IMG/VR virus record: IMGVR_UViG_3300028585_000020
Coordinates: 24,633 to 88,632 of that record
Strand: one strand, 5' to 3'
DNA: 64,000 bases
Source: a virus
Taxonomy: Duplodnaviria > Caudoviricetes
In this document: piece by piece, positions 46,834 through 56,526 of the stretch
Layout: each line of letters begins with the position of its first letter
How positions within the stretch are numbered: the first letter of the stretch is position 1
The notes under the pieces: generated by a model
The model's database searches: none
Told to the model about the DNA's origin: nothing
Seen by the model: the letters and a program-made list of their open reading frames with translations, nothing else
Translations under genes and position numbers: made by a program

Positions 46834-48907
46834 AGGTACATCAAACAACAAGGAGGAAACCATGCTTGAAATGACTATGACGATGGAGAAGGGTGATTTG
46901 GTGCAAAGCCTGTCGTATCTCGGATACGGAGAACTTGTTGGTATTATCAAAGACCTTGACCTGATGATTGCAGACGTAGGATTTACGGAAGACCTTATCA
47001 AAATGTTGATTCAAAGTCTTGTAGCAGACAAAGAAGATGTCAGCCTACCATTTATCAATTGGGAGAAAGTGTGATGAACCTACACAACGATATCATGAAC
47101 ATTGCTGAGAAGCGCCCTGACTTCAGCTTTGAAAACACTCACGACCGAGTGCTCTACAAAGAAGGCCACCGAGACGCCCGACACGCTGCGGCAGAATTGG
47201 CTATGCAAGCCGATTCACGAATAGAAGAACTGGTAAACTCTTTACGTGAAGCACAAGCCCACGTCTCGGAATTGTGCCAAACCTTTTCTGTACCTCTGCC
47301 AACAGCATCTTTTGAAAAATATGAAAATGTTCTTAAAAGGCTTTCCAAATGACCCCACAACACCTAGCTGCCCTACAAGAAATCCTACAAACACTAGAAT
47401 CAGCAGCAACACACAACAGCAAGCTTGGACGTTCTGTATTCGCACACAGCCAGCAACGTAAAGCTGATGCTTTGAAAGAAATTATTAATTTTTATTTTGA
47501 TGACAAAGGGGAGTGATATGAAAAATTATCTACAAGAAACTATAACCAATATTCCTTGCTTGTTCGACTGCGCTACAGACGGTCAACGGCAAGGTTATCG
47601 TGAGGGACATCGAGATGCGCTATATCAGGTTTTAGAAGCTATCGCCAATAAGGCGACAGAAGAAGGCGAACTGCCCGTAGCGCCGTGGACTGAACGACAT
47701 TCAGCTTTCGAGACGCCCGACTTTAGCAAGATGGCTCGCATGGAGGCTGAGATTGCAGACTGGCGCGAATATTTCCGCGCATCCCGTCAGGGATCGTCTG
47801 TTCCAGACTGTTTCGCCAATAAGGCGGAAGTCGAGCCTGTGGCGTATTGCGCGCCCGATAAGAAAGGCAAGCCACTTTTTGGTAAAGGCTGGATGTTTTC
47901 ACCAGTTGAGCATCTTCAAGCAACCATGCCACTCTACGCCACCCCTCCTGCAACTACTGGTGGGGCGAATGCCACGCCCACTGGTGCAAGCACTGTCCGC
48001 GATCAAGCACTGGAAGATGCTGCTGTAATCGCAGATAGCTTCTACGACCATATCCGCCAGTACACGACGGATGTTCCGGGAATTGGTGGGGCAATCCGCG
48101 CGCTCAAGGGTTCGGTCGGTGCAAGCACGGCAGCAGAGGATTTACTGACTGACGCAATCAGGCACGAAGCACCCAAATAACCATTGACATTTCCTCAACT
48201 TCTCTATACCCTCCCTTGCATCTAATCTAAAAATGTGCAAGGGAGCTTTCATGGCAATTCAAGTGGTATTGAACGGAAACGTTGGAAACATCAACGTAGC
48301 CCGTGTTGTACTGGCAACAGTGCCACTTCCGTACAATGCTACAACAATGATTGATGGCTTGGAATCTCACCCACACAATAACGTCGATGCCCTCATGAAA
48401 GCCATTGAGAATGCTATTGGAGTGCACGGAGCAATAAATTTCTTCTACACGCGAGAACAAATTTAAAAATTAGCTTGACTCATAAAACTCTTAAGCTTAT
48501 TATAGATTCATACAAACAGAGGAGGTTATTATGTTTCTTAACAAAATTATAAATTTCTTCAAACCTGAAGTGCTCAACCCTGCTACGATGACAATGGACG
48601 AGCTTCACGTGGAGAATTGTCATGAAATGGAATTTGGAGATTATGACAACGAGTTTAACAGGGAAATTGAGCGGCGGAATAAGGTTAGTGAGGGGGCCAA
48701 ATGAGCAGTTATGCGCTCTTTGGGGGCAACAGATTTTATCCTGCTGGTGGGATCGAGGACTTCAAAGGATTCTTTGAAACCGTCGAAGAGGCAGAGCAAC
48801 ATGTTCTTGAAAATTATGACATGTATATTAATTTTGATTGGTATCACATTGCTTGTAAAGACTCTTTTACAATAATTGCATCTGGAAATGGGGAGGATTT
48901 AAAATGA
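46826..48907 (+). other. Early hypothetical CDSs: ~46862-47074, ~47071-47352, ~47350-47516, 47497-48180, ~48251-48466, ~48530-48704, 48701-48907
   Basis: RBSs, ATGA overlaps; promoters TTGACA-17-TACCCT near 48184 and TTGACT-17-TATTAT at 48475-48503. Confidence 0.6.
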
Positions 48908-49160
48908 GCTTAGCACTAGATGCAATGATCTTTGCCAGAGAAATTCACAAAGATCAGAAGAGGAAGTACACAGGACAACCTTATGCGGATCATCTAGCAG
49001 AAGTCGCAGGAATTGCTATGAGTGTTGGCTGGCACGCTGTAGATGTTCACCCTGATACGTTTATGGCTGTGTGCTGGCTCTGGCTAATCAGGAAGATAAG
49101 CAGCTTGAAAACATGACTCCAGATGAGATTCGTGCAAAGCTGGCAGAACTGGACGACTAA
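48904..49160 (+). pseudogene. Truncated RelA/SpoT-type HD hydrolase fused to a remnant of another gene
   Basis: AMIFAREIHKDQKRKYTGQPYADHLAEVA breaks off at CWL just before the expected HD motif, at a CTGGCT-CTGGCT tandem. Confidence 0.7.
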
Positions 49161-49179
49161 GTAACAGTGTAACACAATG

Positions 49180-49200
49180 GCCCTCTTCGGAGGGCTTTTT
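49180..49200 (+). terminator. Intrinsic terminator
   Basis: GCCCTC-TTCG-GAGGGC-TTTTT. Confidence 0.85.
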
Positions 49201-49221
49201 CACATCTTCTTCAAAAACTGC

Positions 49222-49260
49222 TTGACGCCATAAACTTGTTGTAGCATACTAGCTTCATCG
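49222..49260 (+). promoter_or_regulatory. Early promoter with TCATCG signature
   Basis: TTGACG-17-CATACT-4-TCATCG. Confidence 0.7.
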
Positions 49261-49267
49261 CGTAACA

Positions 49268-50008
49268 ATGTTAAACACCAAAGGAGGATTTATGGACGAA
49301 ATGATTACCATCCAGTTTTATATCAGCACTCGAAAAGTTGGAAGTGAGTGCAAGGACAGCTTCCAGATCGAACGTGAAGTGTGGGAAGAAATGTCAGAAG
49401 ATGAGCAAGAGGAAGTTTGCAGAGAGGCCGCGTTCGAGATGATGGAATGGGGTTTCTACAAGGAAGAAAACTAACATGCCAAATTCGAATGACCATGAGA
49501 AAGGCAGGAACAACGTGACTGCAAATCGTCGCCAATCAGACAAGCTTTCATCAAAGCTTCGCACTGTCCTCGTCAAAGCCTTGCACATTCTCATTGTGAT
49601 TGGCTCCTTGACAGCAAGCTATTTCCTCTTCTGGGATTATAGTGTGTGGGGAATTATTATGTCTATTATCTGTTGCATTCCTGCTGGGATGGCTCTTGCA
49701 GAGTTGTTTCCGGGGAAATGGAAGGGGCATGGCGACTAACGCGCCAGCCTTTCTCAAAACTAACGTTTATCGAAAGTGGGTGTTAAATGATCTTAACTAT
49801 TCTGTGGGCATTGCAAGTTGGCATCGCTGTGTTCTGCTTCGGACGCTGGGACGAACTTTGCAAGAAGACTCCGGGCTTTGTTTTCAGCAACAGTGCAGGA
49901 CTTATGCCGGGGATCATAGGATTGTCGTTCTTTCCGGGCTTGGGTATGGTTACCAGTGTTGCTGGTGCCCTTTATATTGAGAACGAGTACAAGGGGAAAT
50001 ACAAATGA
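49268..50008 (+). other. Hypothetical CDSs 49268-49474 (acidic), 49476-49739 and 49787-50008 (membrane)
   Basis: RBSs; TM segments. Confidence 0.6.
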
Positions 50009-50535
50009 AAACTCCCCACAAACACGCAGAGCTTATCAAAGAAAATATAGGTAGATTTATCTACTTGGCGTCAGGTGATCTAATTTGGGCAGAAAACTAT
50101 GGGCCTCGTGCCAGAAAAGGGGCCTTAGTGGGGTGCAAGGATACTCACGGATACCTCCAAGTAAAATTAAGCGGGAAATTTGTTTTTGTACACCGAATTA
50201 TTTGGTACATGCATAAATTTAGTCTGCCTGAACAAATAGACCATATTAACAGGGACAGAGGAGATAACAGAATCGAAAATTTACGGGAGTCCTGCAACCT
50301 GCAGAATACACAAAATGCCGGTTTAAGAAAAGATAACAAACATGGTTGCGCAGGAGTAGGAGAAAGACATGGTAAATGGTTCGCAAGAATCGGTTGCAAC
50401 GGGAATCGAATACATCTAGGTACATTTTTGACTTTGGAAGATGCTAAAAATGCCTACATAGCTGCCAAACTAAAACACCATTCTCACGCTGATGCTGCTG
50501 TTAAACGTTACATTCAGGATACGGAAAACAAATGA
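50005..50535 (+). CDS. HNH-AP2 homing endonuclease
   Basis: FVHRIIW..QIDHINRDRGDNRIENLRE; HGCAGV..WFARI..IHLGTF AP2 tail. Confidence 0.9.
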   Translation: MKTPHKHAELIKENIGRFIYLASGDLIWAENYGPRARKGALVGCKDTHGYLQVKLSGKFVFVHRIIWYMHKFSLPEQIDHINRDRGDNRIENLRESCNLQNTQNAGLRKDNKHGCAGVGERHGKWFARIGCNGNRIHLGTFLTLEDAKNAYIAAKLKHHSHADAAVKRYIQDTENK

Positions 50536-52210
50536 TTAAACTCCTACAAATACTATGGTACGGGCATAGCCACAAGTGGAAAATTATTCAAACTATCCAA
50601 CTTCAAAACGAGTATGGTGCGAACGTTGGTAAGAAATATCATTTACAATGTGAAGTATGCGGCAACATCAAACGAAAGGAAGTGTGATGTACGAACTGAT
50701 TTATAAATATGGCGACAATTTTAAGCGGGCGTATGTCGTTACTTTATCTGCTGAAGACGCTCGGACAATTCTGTTAGAGCACTTCATGGTTGATGCCATT
50801 ACGATTTTATCAGCTATTCAAGTGTCTCCGGGTAGTGTTATTTATCCTGACGGGAGATTCTGACCCTTGCGGGTCAGCCTTTCTCTAAATTACATTTATC
50901 GAAAGTTCTATTTATGACCAAATTTAAAAAGTATCTCTATTGGTTGTCGTTTCCCCTGTCATGCATTCTGTTTATGGTTTTTGAAATGCTTGGAGCTTTC
51001 TCGGAGTTTATTGTTGAAGGTCTTCACAAGTACGAAGCATGGATGTTGGAGTACAAGCGTCGGTTCCCTCACATGCATTACAAGGGCGACGGAATTTACA
51101 GCAGTCACAAAGGAGATTAAATGTACCAAATCCAAGGATACAACCTAACAGCCCTCCGCTGGGAAATTATGCCCTACCAGAAAGAGCTTGATGGGCCTGA
51201 GCATACAACGTACAATATTAAATATATGGCTGAAACTGTTGCTACACATTGGCGGGAGTTTTGTCCGGGAGTGGCGTTTAGGGTTATTGAGGTGGAGGAA
51301 TGATGATGGAAGACTTTTACAAAGAATATATTATTTTCCCTTCTGACTTTCGGGACGACAATGAGTTATCAACTGCAATCTTGTTACTTGCTGATAAACT
51401 TAAAGCAAATATAGTCCGTGTAAATAGAGGCAATGGGTATGAAATTGAACTGGAGGGCTATTAATGATTAAACTCTACATGGTTCAATGCTTCAAGGATG
51501 GTAAATGGGTTGTATGTTGGAATGCAGGAAATCAACCCACGATCTTTACAGACTTGCGGGATGCTGAAGACGATCTTATAGGCTGGAGAGAGGATGTGTA
51601 TTACGAATACCGTATTGTAGAGGGGTATTTTACTCAACAATTTACTCACGAGGAAACAAAATGACAAGCAGAAATATCTCACAAGGGCGCTACGCAGGAT
51701 GCTTCAGAGGGCAGCATGTGCGTACAAAGAATTTGTCTAGTGGTAAATATGTAATCGACCTTGACGGGATCATCCTAGAGCCCCTGCCAAATGCTAATGT
51801 CACTTGGGGGATTCTTGCTGCAAAGAATTTTGGGATGATGGTTACGAAGATTACTTATTTGGAGGATTGATGAAAGGACTCTACTACCCCGTTGCACAAC
51901 ACTTGCAACAATTCTGCAAGGATGGTGATTTTGTTTTGTGGAGAGACGCTTTCCGCTGGAAGGACATCAACGACCACGTACTCAGCAACCACTACGACAG
52001 CATGTCTCTTGAACAGCTTGCGGAAGACTTCGGATATGAGATTGACTGGGAGTATAACTTGAAGCATGTTGCGATTGCGAGGAAGAAATGATTACACCCC
52101 TACCGCCAGCGCCCATAGGTAATGCTTCCGAAACAGAGTTTCAAATCTATCTTGATGCTCTTGTCACGATGGTGCAGGAACTTTATAAAATATCTGAAAA
52201 TCTAAATGCA
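50532..52210 (+). other. Run of small hypothetical CDSs including 50657-50863, 50914-51120, 51121-51303, 51464-51664, 51661-51870, ~51870-52091
   Basis: Overlaps and RBSs. Confidence 0.55.
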
Positions 52211-52218
52211 AAATAATT

Positions 52219-52253
52219 ATGGAGAGACATCCGAAAGGGGTCTCTCCATTTTT
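52219..52253 (+). terminator. Long terminator hairpin
   Basis: ATGGAGAGAC-atccGAAAggg-GTCTCTCCAT-TTTT. Confidence 0.75.
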
Positions 52254-52316
52254 GCTATGTGCTGGAAATGAATCTTGCTAGACAAATGCATCCAGCCGCC
52301 TCCATGTGGTTTTCTT

Positions 52317-52508
52317 TTATTTACTACCTTCCATCAAACGCTTATTCTTCCGCTCTTGCATCAAGGAGTAGGCTGCTTCCAGCTTATGTCCTAGTTCCGT
52401 CCCCTTGTTGTTCTTCCTGACGCTTGCTACGGTCTGTCGTGACGCAGTTTCAAAGTAGGTTGCAATTTCTTCGGTGCTTGCGAGAATGTAGTTGAAGTGT
52501 GCTGACAT
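52317..52508 (-). CDS. Hypothetical protein, possible small DNA-binding protein
   Basis: GGAGG RBS; consensus promoter upstream. Confidence 0.7.
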   Translation of the reverse strand: MSAHFNYILASTEEIATYFETASRQTVASVRKNNKGTELGHKLEAAYSLMQERKNKRLMEGSK

Positions 52509-52532
52509 AAGATGCCTCCAGTATAAAAACGC

Positions 52533-52603
52533 ATTATAACAGCCGTGGGCAGACCTGTCAAGAATGTACTAAACTTGACAAGACTTGTTGCCGATGATAT
52601 ACT
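52533..52603. promoter_or_regulatory. Back-to-back consensus promoters
   Basis: Minus: TTGACA-17-TATAAT (52533-52561); plus: TTGACA-17-TATACT (52575-52603). Confidence 0.85.
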
Positions 52604-52614
52604 CTAGGCTCGAT

Positions 52615-52636
52615 GGGCGCTTCTTGCGCCCTTTTT
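52615..52636 (+). terminator. Terminator immediately downstream of the promoter
   Basis: GGGCGC-ttctt-GCGCCC-TTTTT. Confidence 0.7.
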
Positions 52637-52669
52637 CATTTGCACATTAGGGCAAGGGTCAAGGGAATC

Positions 52670-53659
52670 ATGGGTAAAATTAGAAATGAAAATCCGGTCG
52701 CAGTTGGAGATAGATTTACCCTCTACTGTGGTGTCGTTGTAGAGGTGATACAATATATAAGTTATGGGAGAGTCACCGTGTCTGATGGAAAAAACGTAAA
52801 GGAAGTGAGTGCCAATTGTCTTAGAAAAGGTGAAATTGCATGGATTATTGATGGCATTAAGCACCGCGCCAGAGCGCCTAAACCTAGAAAAACTCATAAA
52901 AAGACATTGCGCAAAGATGGTCTTACAAACGGGCTTCCTAAAAAGTACAGTGTTGGTGCCATTTTAGAAACAAAACATTTCGGTAAAATATTGGTAACGT
53001 GTGTGACAGAGGAAAACATTACTGTCGTCTTCCAAAATACAGGTTCATCAGTCACAAAACCTGCCAACGCGAATTTTAGTAAGAGTAACTTGGTTGACAG
53101 GGCCGTGGTTAACCCTAAGAATTTGAACTATATGTCAAGAAAATTTCCTGTAGGCACAAGAATTTTGTCTCAGAAGCACGGTTGGTTTACTATACTCAGA
53201 ACTTGTGCAGAGGGTGCAGATATTGTATGGGAAGAAGGTGGACATAAACAATTTGTAAGTAAGTCTAAAATGCTGGCAGGCACTGCAAGAAACGATTCCA
53301 TATCTGGCAATTACCTAAAACCAGTTGGCAATTTTATTTATACAGCGTCCCTTGATGACAAGCTATTATATCTTGGCATGGGTGTAGATGGCAGGTATAA
53401 TCATTGTAACAGCGGAAAATCTTCCTGCTATCTTTTAAATAAACGACATTTTGAAGGTAAGTTTTTTGAAGTGGGTATAGCTATTGATGGTCTGTCGGGA
53501 GAACAAGCTAGGACTATCGAGGCTTTCTTAATTCTAAAATTTCTACCTGAAGGGAACACATGTGTCTCCAGGAAAAATATTTTGGATTTGGAAAATAAAG
53601 TAAAAAGTATGCCTCAATCTATTTCTGAGGCTGTGCTGCAATTAGATTTTTCAACCTAA
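52670..53659 (+). CDS. Putative homing endonuclease with C-terminal GIY-YIG domain
   Basis: Start 52670 (AAGGGA RBS); three N-terminal VG..(T/S)..(F/H)G repeats; FIY..LLYLGMG..GR..H..S and A..IE..LI near the C-terminus. Confidence 0.7.
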   Translation: MGKIRNENPVAVGDRFTLYCGVVVEVIQYISYGRVTVSDGKNVKEVSANCLRKGEIAWIIDGIKHRARAPKPRKTHKKTLRKDGLTNGLPKKYSVGAILETKHFGKILVTCVTEENITVVFQNTGSSVTKPANANFSKSNLVDRAVVNPKNLNYMSRKFPVGTRILSQKHGWFTILRTCAEGADIVWEEGGHKQFVSKSKMLAGTARNDSISGNYLKPVGNFIYTASLDDKLLYLGMGVDGRYNHCNSGKSSCYLLNKRHFEGKFFEVGIAIDGLSGEQARTIEAFLILKFLPEGNTCVSRKNILDLENKVKSMPQSISEAVLQLDFST

Positions 53660-53800
53660 ATTGAATTCCTACTTTTCGCTAAAACTCTGCCATTTAAAAA
53701 TTAAGGCTATTAAGGCGCTCGTAGGAATATTTTTAGGTGTGGTTATTACCGGCCCAATCTCAAAAGATTCTCCCCGCCTCCCCTATAAACCAGACGCGCA

Positions 53801-54024
53801 GGGGCGGATTAGACGATCAGCCCGGCTACCGTTGAAACTAGTATATCGCGTTTCCGCTAGACTCGTCAAGAGAAATCTTCAGAAATTTTTAAAGAGCTTT
53901 GTTAGTTCTACATCGGCGCGTTATGGCGATGCTTCTATATAGCTACACTGTCCGGGCTGGGAACCTAGTGTTCCTTACAGTGCGTTAGAACCACTGTAGA
54001 CGCCACCTGTAAGCGTGTCGCCCC
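53801..54024 (+). ncRNA. Candidate ~225-nt multi-branched structured RNA/DNA element
   Basis: Closing helix GGGGCGG/TCGCCCC enclosing several nested stems (see findings). Confidence 0.45.
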
Positions 54025-54081
54025 GTATTCTTTGGATGACTTGTTTTGTAAGTTAGATGTATAAATTTTTGTAGAAAGTTC

Positions 54082-54120
54082 TTGTGTTCTTAGGATGGCT
54101 GGCATAAGATGTAGTCATTG
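54082..54120 (+). promoter_or_regulatory. Early promoter with TCATTG signature
   Basis: TTGTGT-17-TAAGAT-4-TCATTG. Confidence 0.7.
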
Positions 54121-54146
54121 GATGCACAAACACACAGGAGAACGAC

Positions 54147-55129
54147 ATGAGCGACTGGCACGAACTCTGCATCACTGATAGCACTGGACAACAATTCTTC
54201 CGTTGCACGGCTTCGCCAATGGCAACGTATTCGGAAATTAAAAATCTGAAGCGCCACATTGAACAGGCAAAGAAACGTCCTGATTTGTACAAAAATCTTT
54301 TTGAGATTGATAGCGCCGTGATTTTGTTGGACGGCACGCCATACGGTGAACCGGCAGAGATTGACGTCGATGCCATGGTTGATGAACTGGAAGCGATGTT
54401 AAAAGAATTGGAGAAATAATCATGCAAACTCTTGCCGACAAACTCCTAGACTTGCGCAACTTCGTTAGCCGGTACGGTAAAATCCTGAATGATGAATCTT
54501 GCGAATTCGACGGAAAGCACTACCGTAAGACAGTGTATCTTTTGGAAAATCATGTTGTGACAATTAACATGTGCAACGGCAAAGTTAACACCTTCCATTA
54601 CAGCTAAGGGGCAATCATGGCTAAAATTTCTTTCCGTGCTAAAGTGCAACAAATGTACAATATGGACGACACACTTGCTTATGAGTATGTACAAGTGCCT
54701 AAGCTTGATCGTAAACACTGCGATATGAGCGCTTTTCGGAATCATCCTAAGTATGGAGGATTGGCTAACTCTACGTTGTTCCCGAACATCCTTGCAGGAA
54801 TTAGGAAAGGTATATGCAATAGTAGCGGCTGGATTAAGCTTGACGCCATGCCGGAAGGCGTAAGCGTGGATACAAGCGGCTTTCTTGCTCTTGTTGAGTT
54901 TGACGTATAATCGGAGACTAACATGATTTACTGCTACTATATCGCACAGAAGCTGGCAAGCCTGCACAAGATGCAAACAAACGGCAACGATTGCGACGAC
55001 AAGCCAAAGAAGATTGGACGGTTTGCCAGCGATGCAGAAGCAAAGAAGGCTTGCCAAGAGCATTACGAAAAAGCCTGTAAGATGGCAAGGGCGGCAGGGC
55101 GGGAAGAACCTAAACTAATGTGGATGTAA
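54147..55129 (+). other. Early hypothetical CDSs 54147-54419, 54422-54607, 54617-54910, 54923-55129
   Basis: GGAG RBSs, contiguous operon. Confidence 0.7.
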
Positions 55130-55130
55130 C

Positions 55131-55240
55131 AAGGGCGCACTGCGGTGCGCTTTTTCTTGTCCGCAACATTAAAAACCTTGCGCCCGCTCTCTGCTCATCT
55201 TTCCGGTAGATTAGCTATGTTCCGCTCTTCCGAAAGTTCA
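55131..55240 (-). ncRNA. Candidate ~110-nt sRNA with GGA-loop hairpins
   Basis: Leftward promoter TTGACA-17-TATTCT (55246-55274); no ORF beyond 8 codons; four CGGA motifs. Confidence 0.45.
55135..55155 (+). terminator. Intrinsic terminator
   Basis: GCGCAC-tgcg-GTGCGC-TTTTT. Confidence 0.8.
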
Positions 55241-55318
55241 TAAGTAGAATACCAAAGCTTGTAAGCCATGTCAACAGAAATCTACACAAAATTATTTTAA
55301 AATTCTTGCGAAAATCCT

Positions 55319-55347
55319 TTGACAAGCCAAAACAAGTCGCGTAAAGT
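55319..55347 (+). promoter_or_regulatory. Early promoter
   Basis: TTGACA-17-TAAAGT with upstream A/T tracts. Confidence 0.8.
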
Positions 55348-55421
55348 TCAACACATGGACGACGCACACAGCGAAGTCTCCCCGAACCGGGGCAACCTAA
55401 CAAACCACTAAGGAGTTTCAA

Positions 55422-55793
55422 ATGACCACTACTACCAACCTCGCAGACTTTGGCTATCGTGAAATCAAGATGGCCCGTGACTTACTTGACGCATGGGTTA
55501 ACAATGGTCTCCCTGAAGACTTCAGCAATGACGGTGTTACTCTGATGATGAATCAGAACAGTGGTAATGTCTTCCTGACCAATGATGAATTTGAGGTAGC
55601 AATGGAAAGCAACGGCGAACTGTATTCGTTCTACACCTCGCTATACGAAGGCAAAGAAGGCTCGTTCGATGATCTGCTGACGGAATACAAAGATATGTGC
55701 GAAGAAGATAAAGAATGGTTCCGCGATGTTGCAGAACGCCTGAACCGGGAAGATGAAATTCCAGCAGACGAAGACGACAGCGAAGAGGAGTAA
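55422..55793 (+). CDS. Highly acidic early protein
   Basis: 34 D/E versus 9 K/R in 123 aa; first gene after a strong promoter. Confidence 0.8.
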   Translation: MTTTTNLADFGYREIKMARDLLDAWVNNGLPEDFSNDGVTLMMNQNSGNVFLTNDEFEVAMESNGELYSFYTSLYEGKEGSFDDLLTEYKDMCEEDKEWFRDVAERLNREDEIPADEDDSEEE

Positions 55794-55799
55794 TCAATC

Positions 55800-56526
55800 A
55801 TGGAACTTATCAAAGGTTATCGCGTAAGCGCGAGTAATAATTCTCACAAGCAGCGCGGCAGCATCACTGTAAAGGCACCAACCGGACAAATCGCCGCCAG
55901 GGTGTACAGCGAATTCACCCGCCCATTGCAACGTGCTAGGCTCTATCTGAACAGCCCTGAACGCCATGAGCTAGTGTCGCAACTAACACAGGCAGGTGTT
56001 CCGCAAGGGACTATTGAGGACATAGTGTCGCTCAAGAAAGGAAATTAATCATGAACATTTACAATGTCTCTTGCCGGTCCGATTGTGGTACTTACTTTGT
56101 AGCATACTTGCAATATCTGACAGTTATTGCTGAAAGCAAAGAGGATGCATTTGAGCATGCTAAACAGTGGATGAGTGACAATCGTACATGGTTTATCGAT
56201 AATAACCCTAAGAAATGGCACATTGAAGAGATGCGGCAAGGTGTGCATGCTGGTGTTGTAGATTGGCACGAAGATAGCGACTACTAGAATACTTAAAATT
56301 CTTATTGCCAAAAACCCCGAAGTTAGATATAGTAGTGACATACCGAAGCGTAACACAACAGGAGAACATCATGACTCGTATGTACCACGTAATAGCAATC
56401 AATGAGAAAACCAACAAGAAAACTTATCTCACAAGTTATCCAATGATTCATCACGAGGCATGCGTGATTAAGAGCAAATTTAACCTACATAAAGATGTCC
56501 GTATTCAACTGGAAGAGGTAGCATAA
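55800..56526 (+). other. Hypothetical CDSs 55800-56048, 56051-56287, ~56371-56526
   Basis: RBSs, contiguity. Confidence 0.65.

Noticed and set aside
52613-52669. ORF-track N-terminal extensions (also 2757, 18605, 20462, 28712, 43339, 57669, 63037 starts)
   Set aside because: They run through promoters, terminators or upstream genes; downstream starts have clear RBSs
53801-54024. tmRNA identity, suggested by the GGGGCGG 5' end
   Set aside because: No GGxTTCGAC D-loop motif, no T-arm or CCA end, and too short; kept only as an unknown structured element
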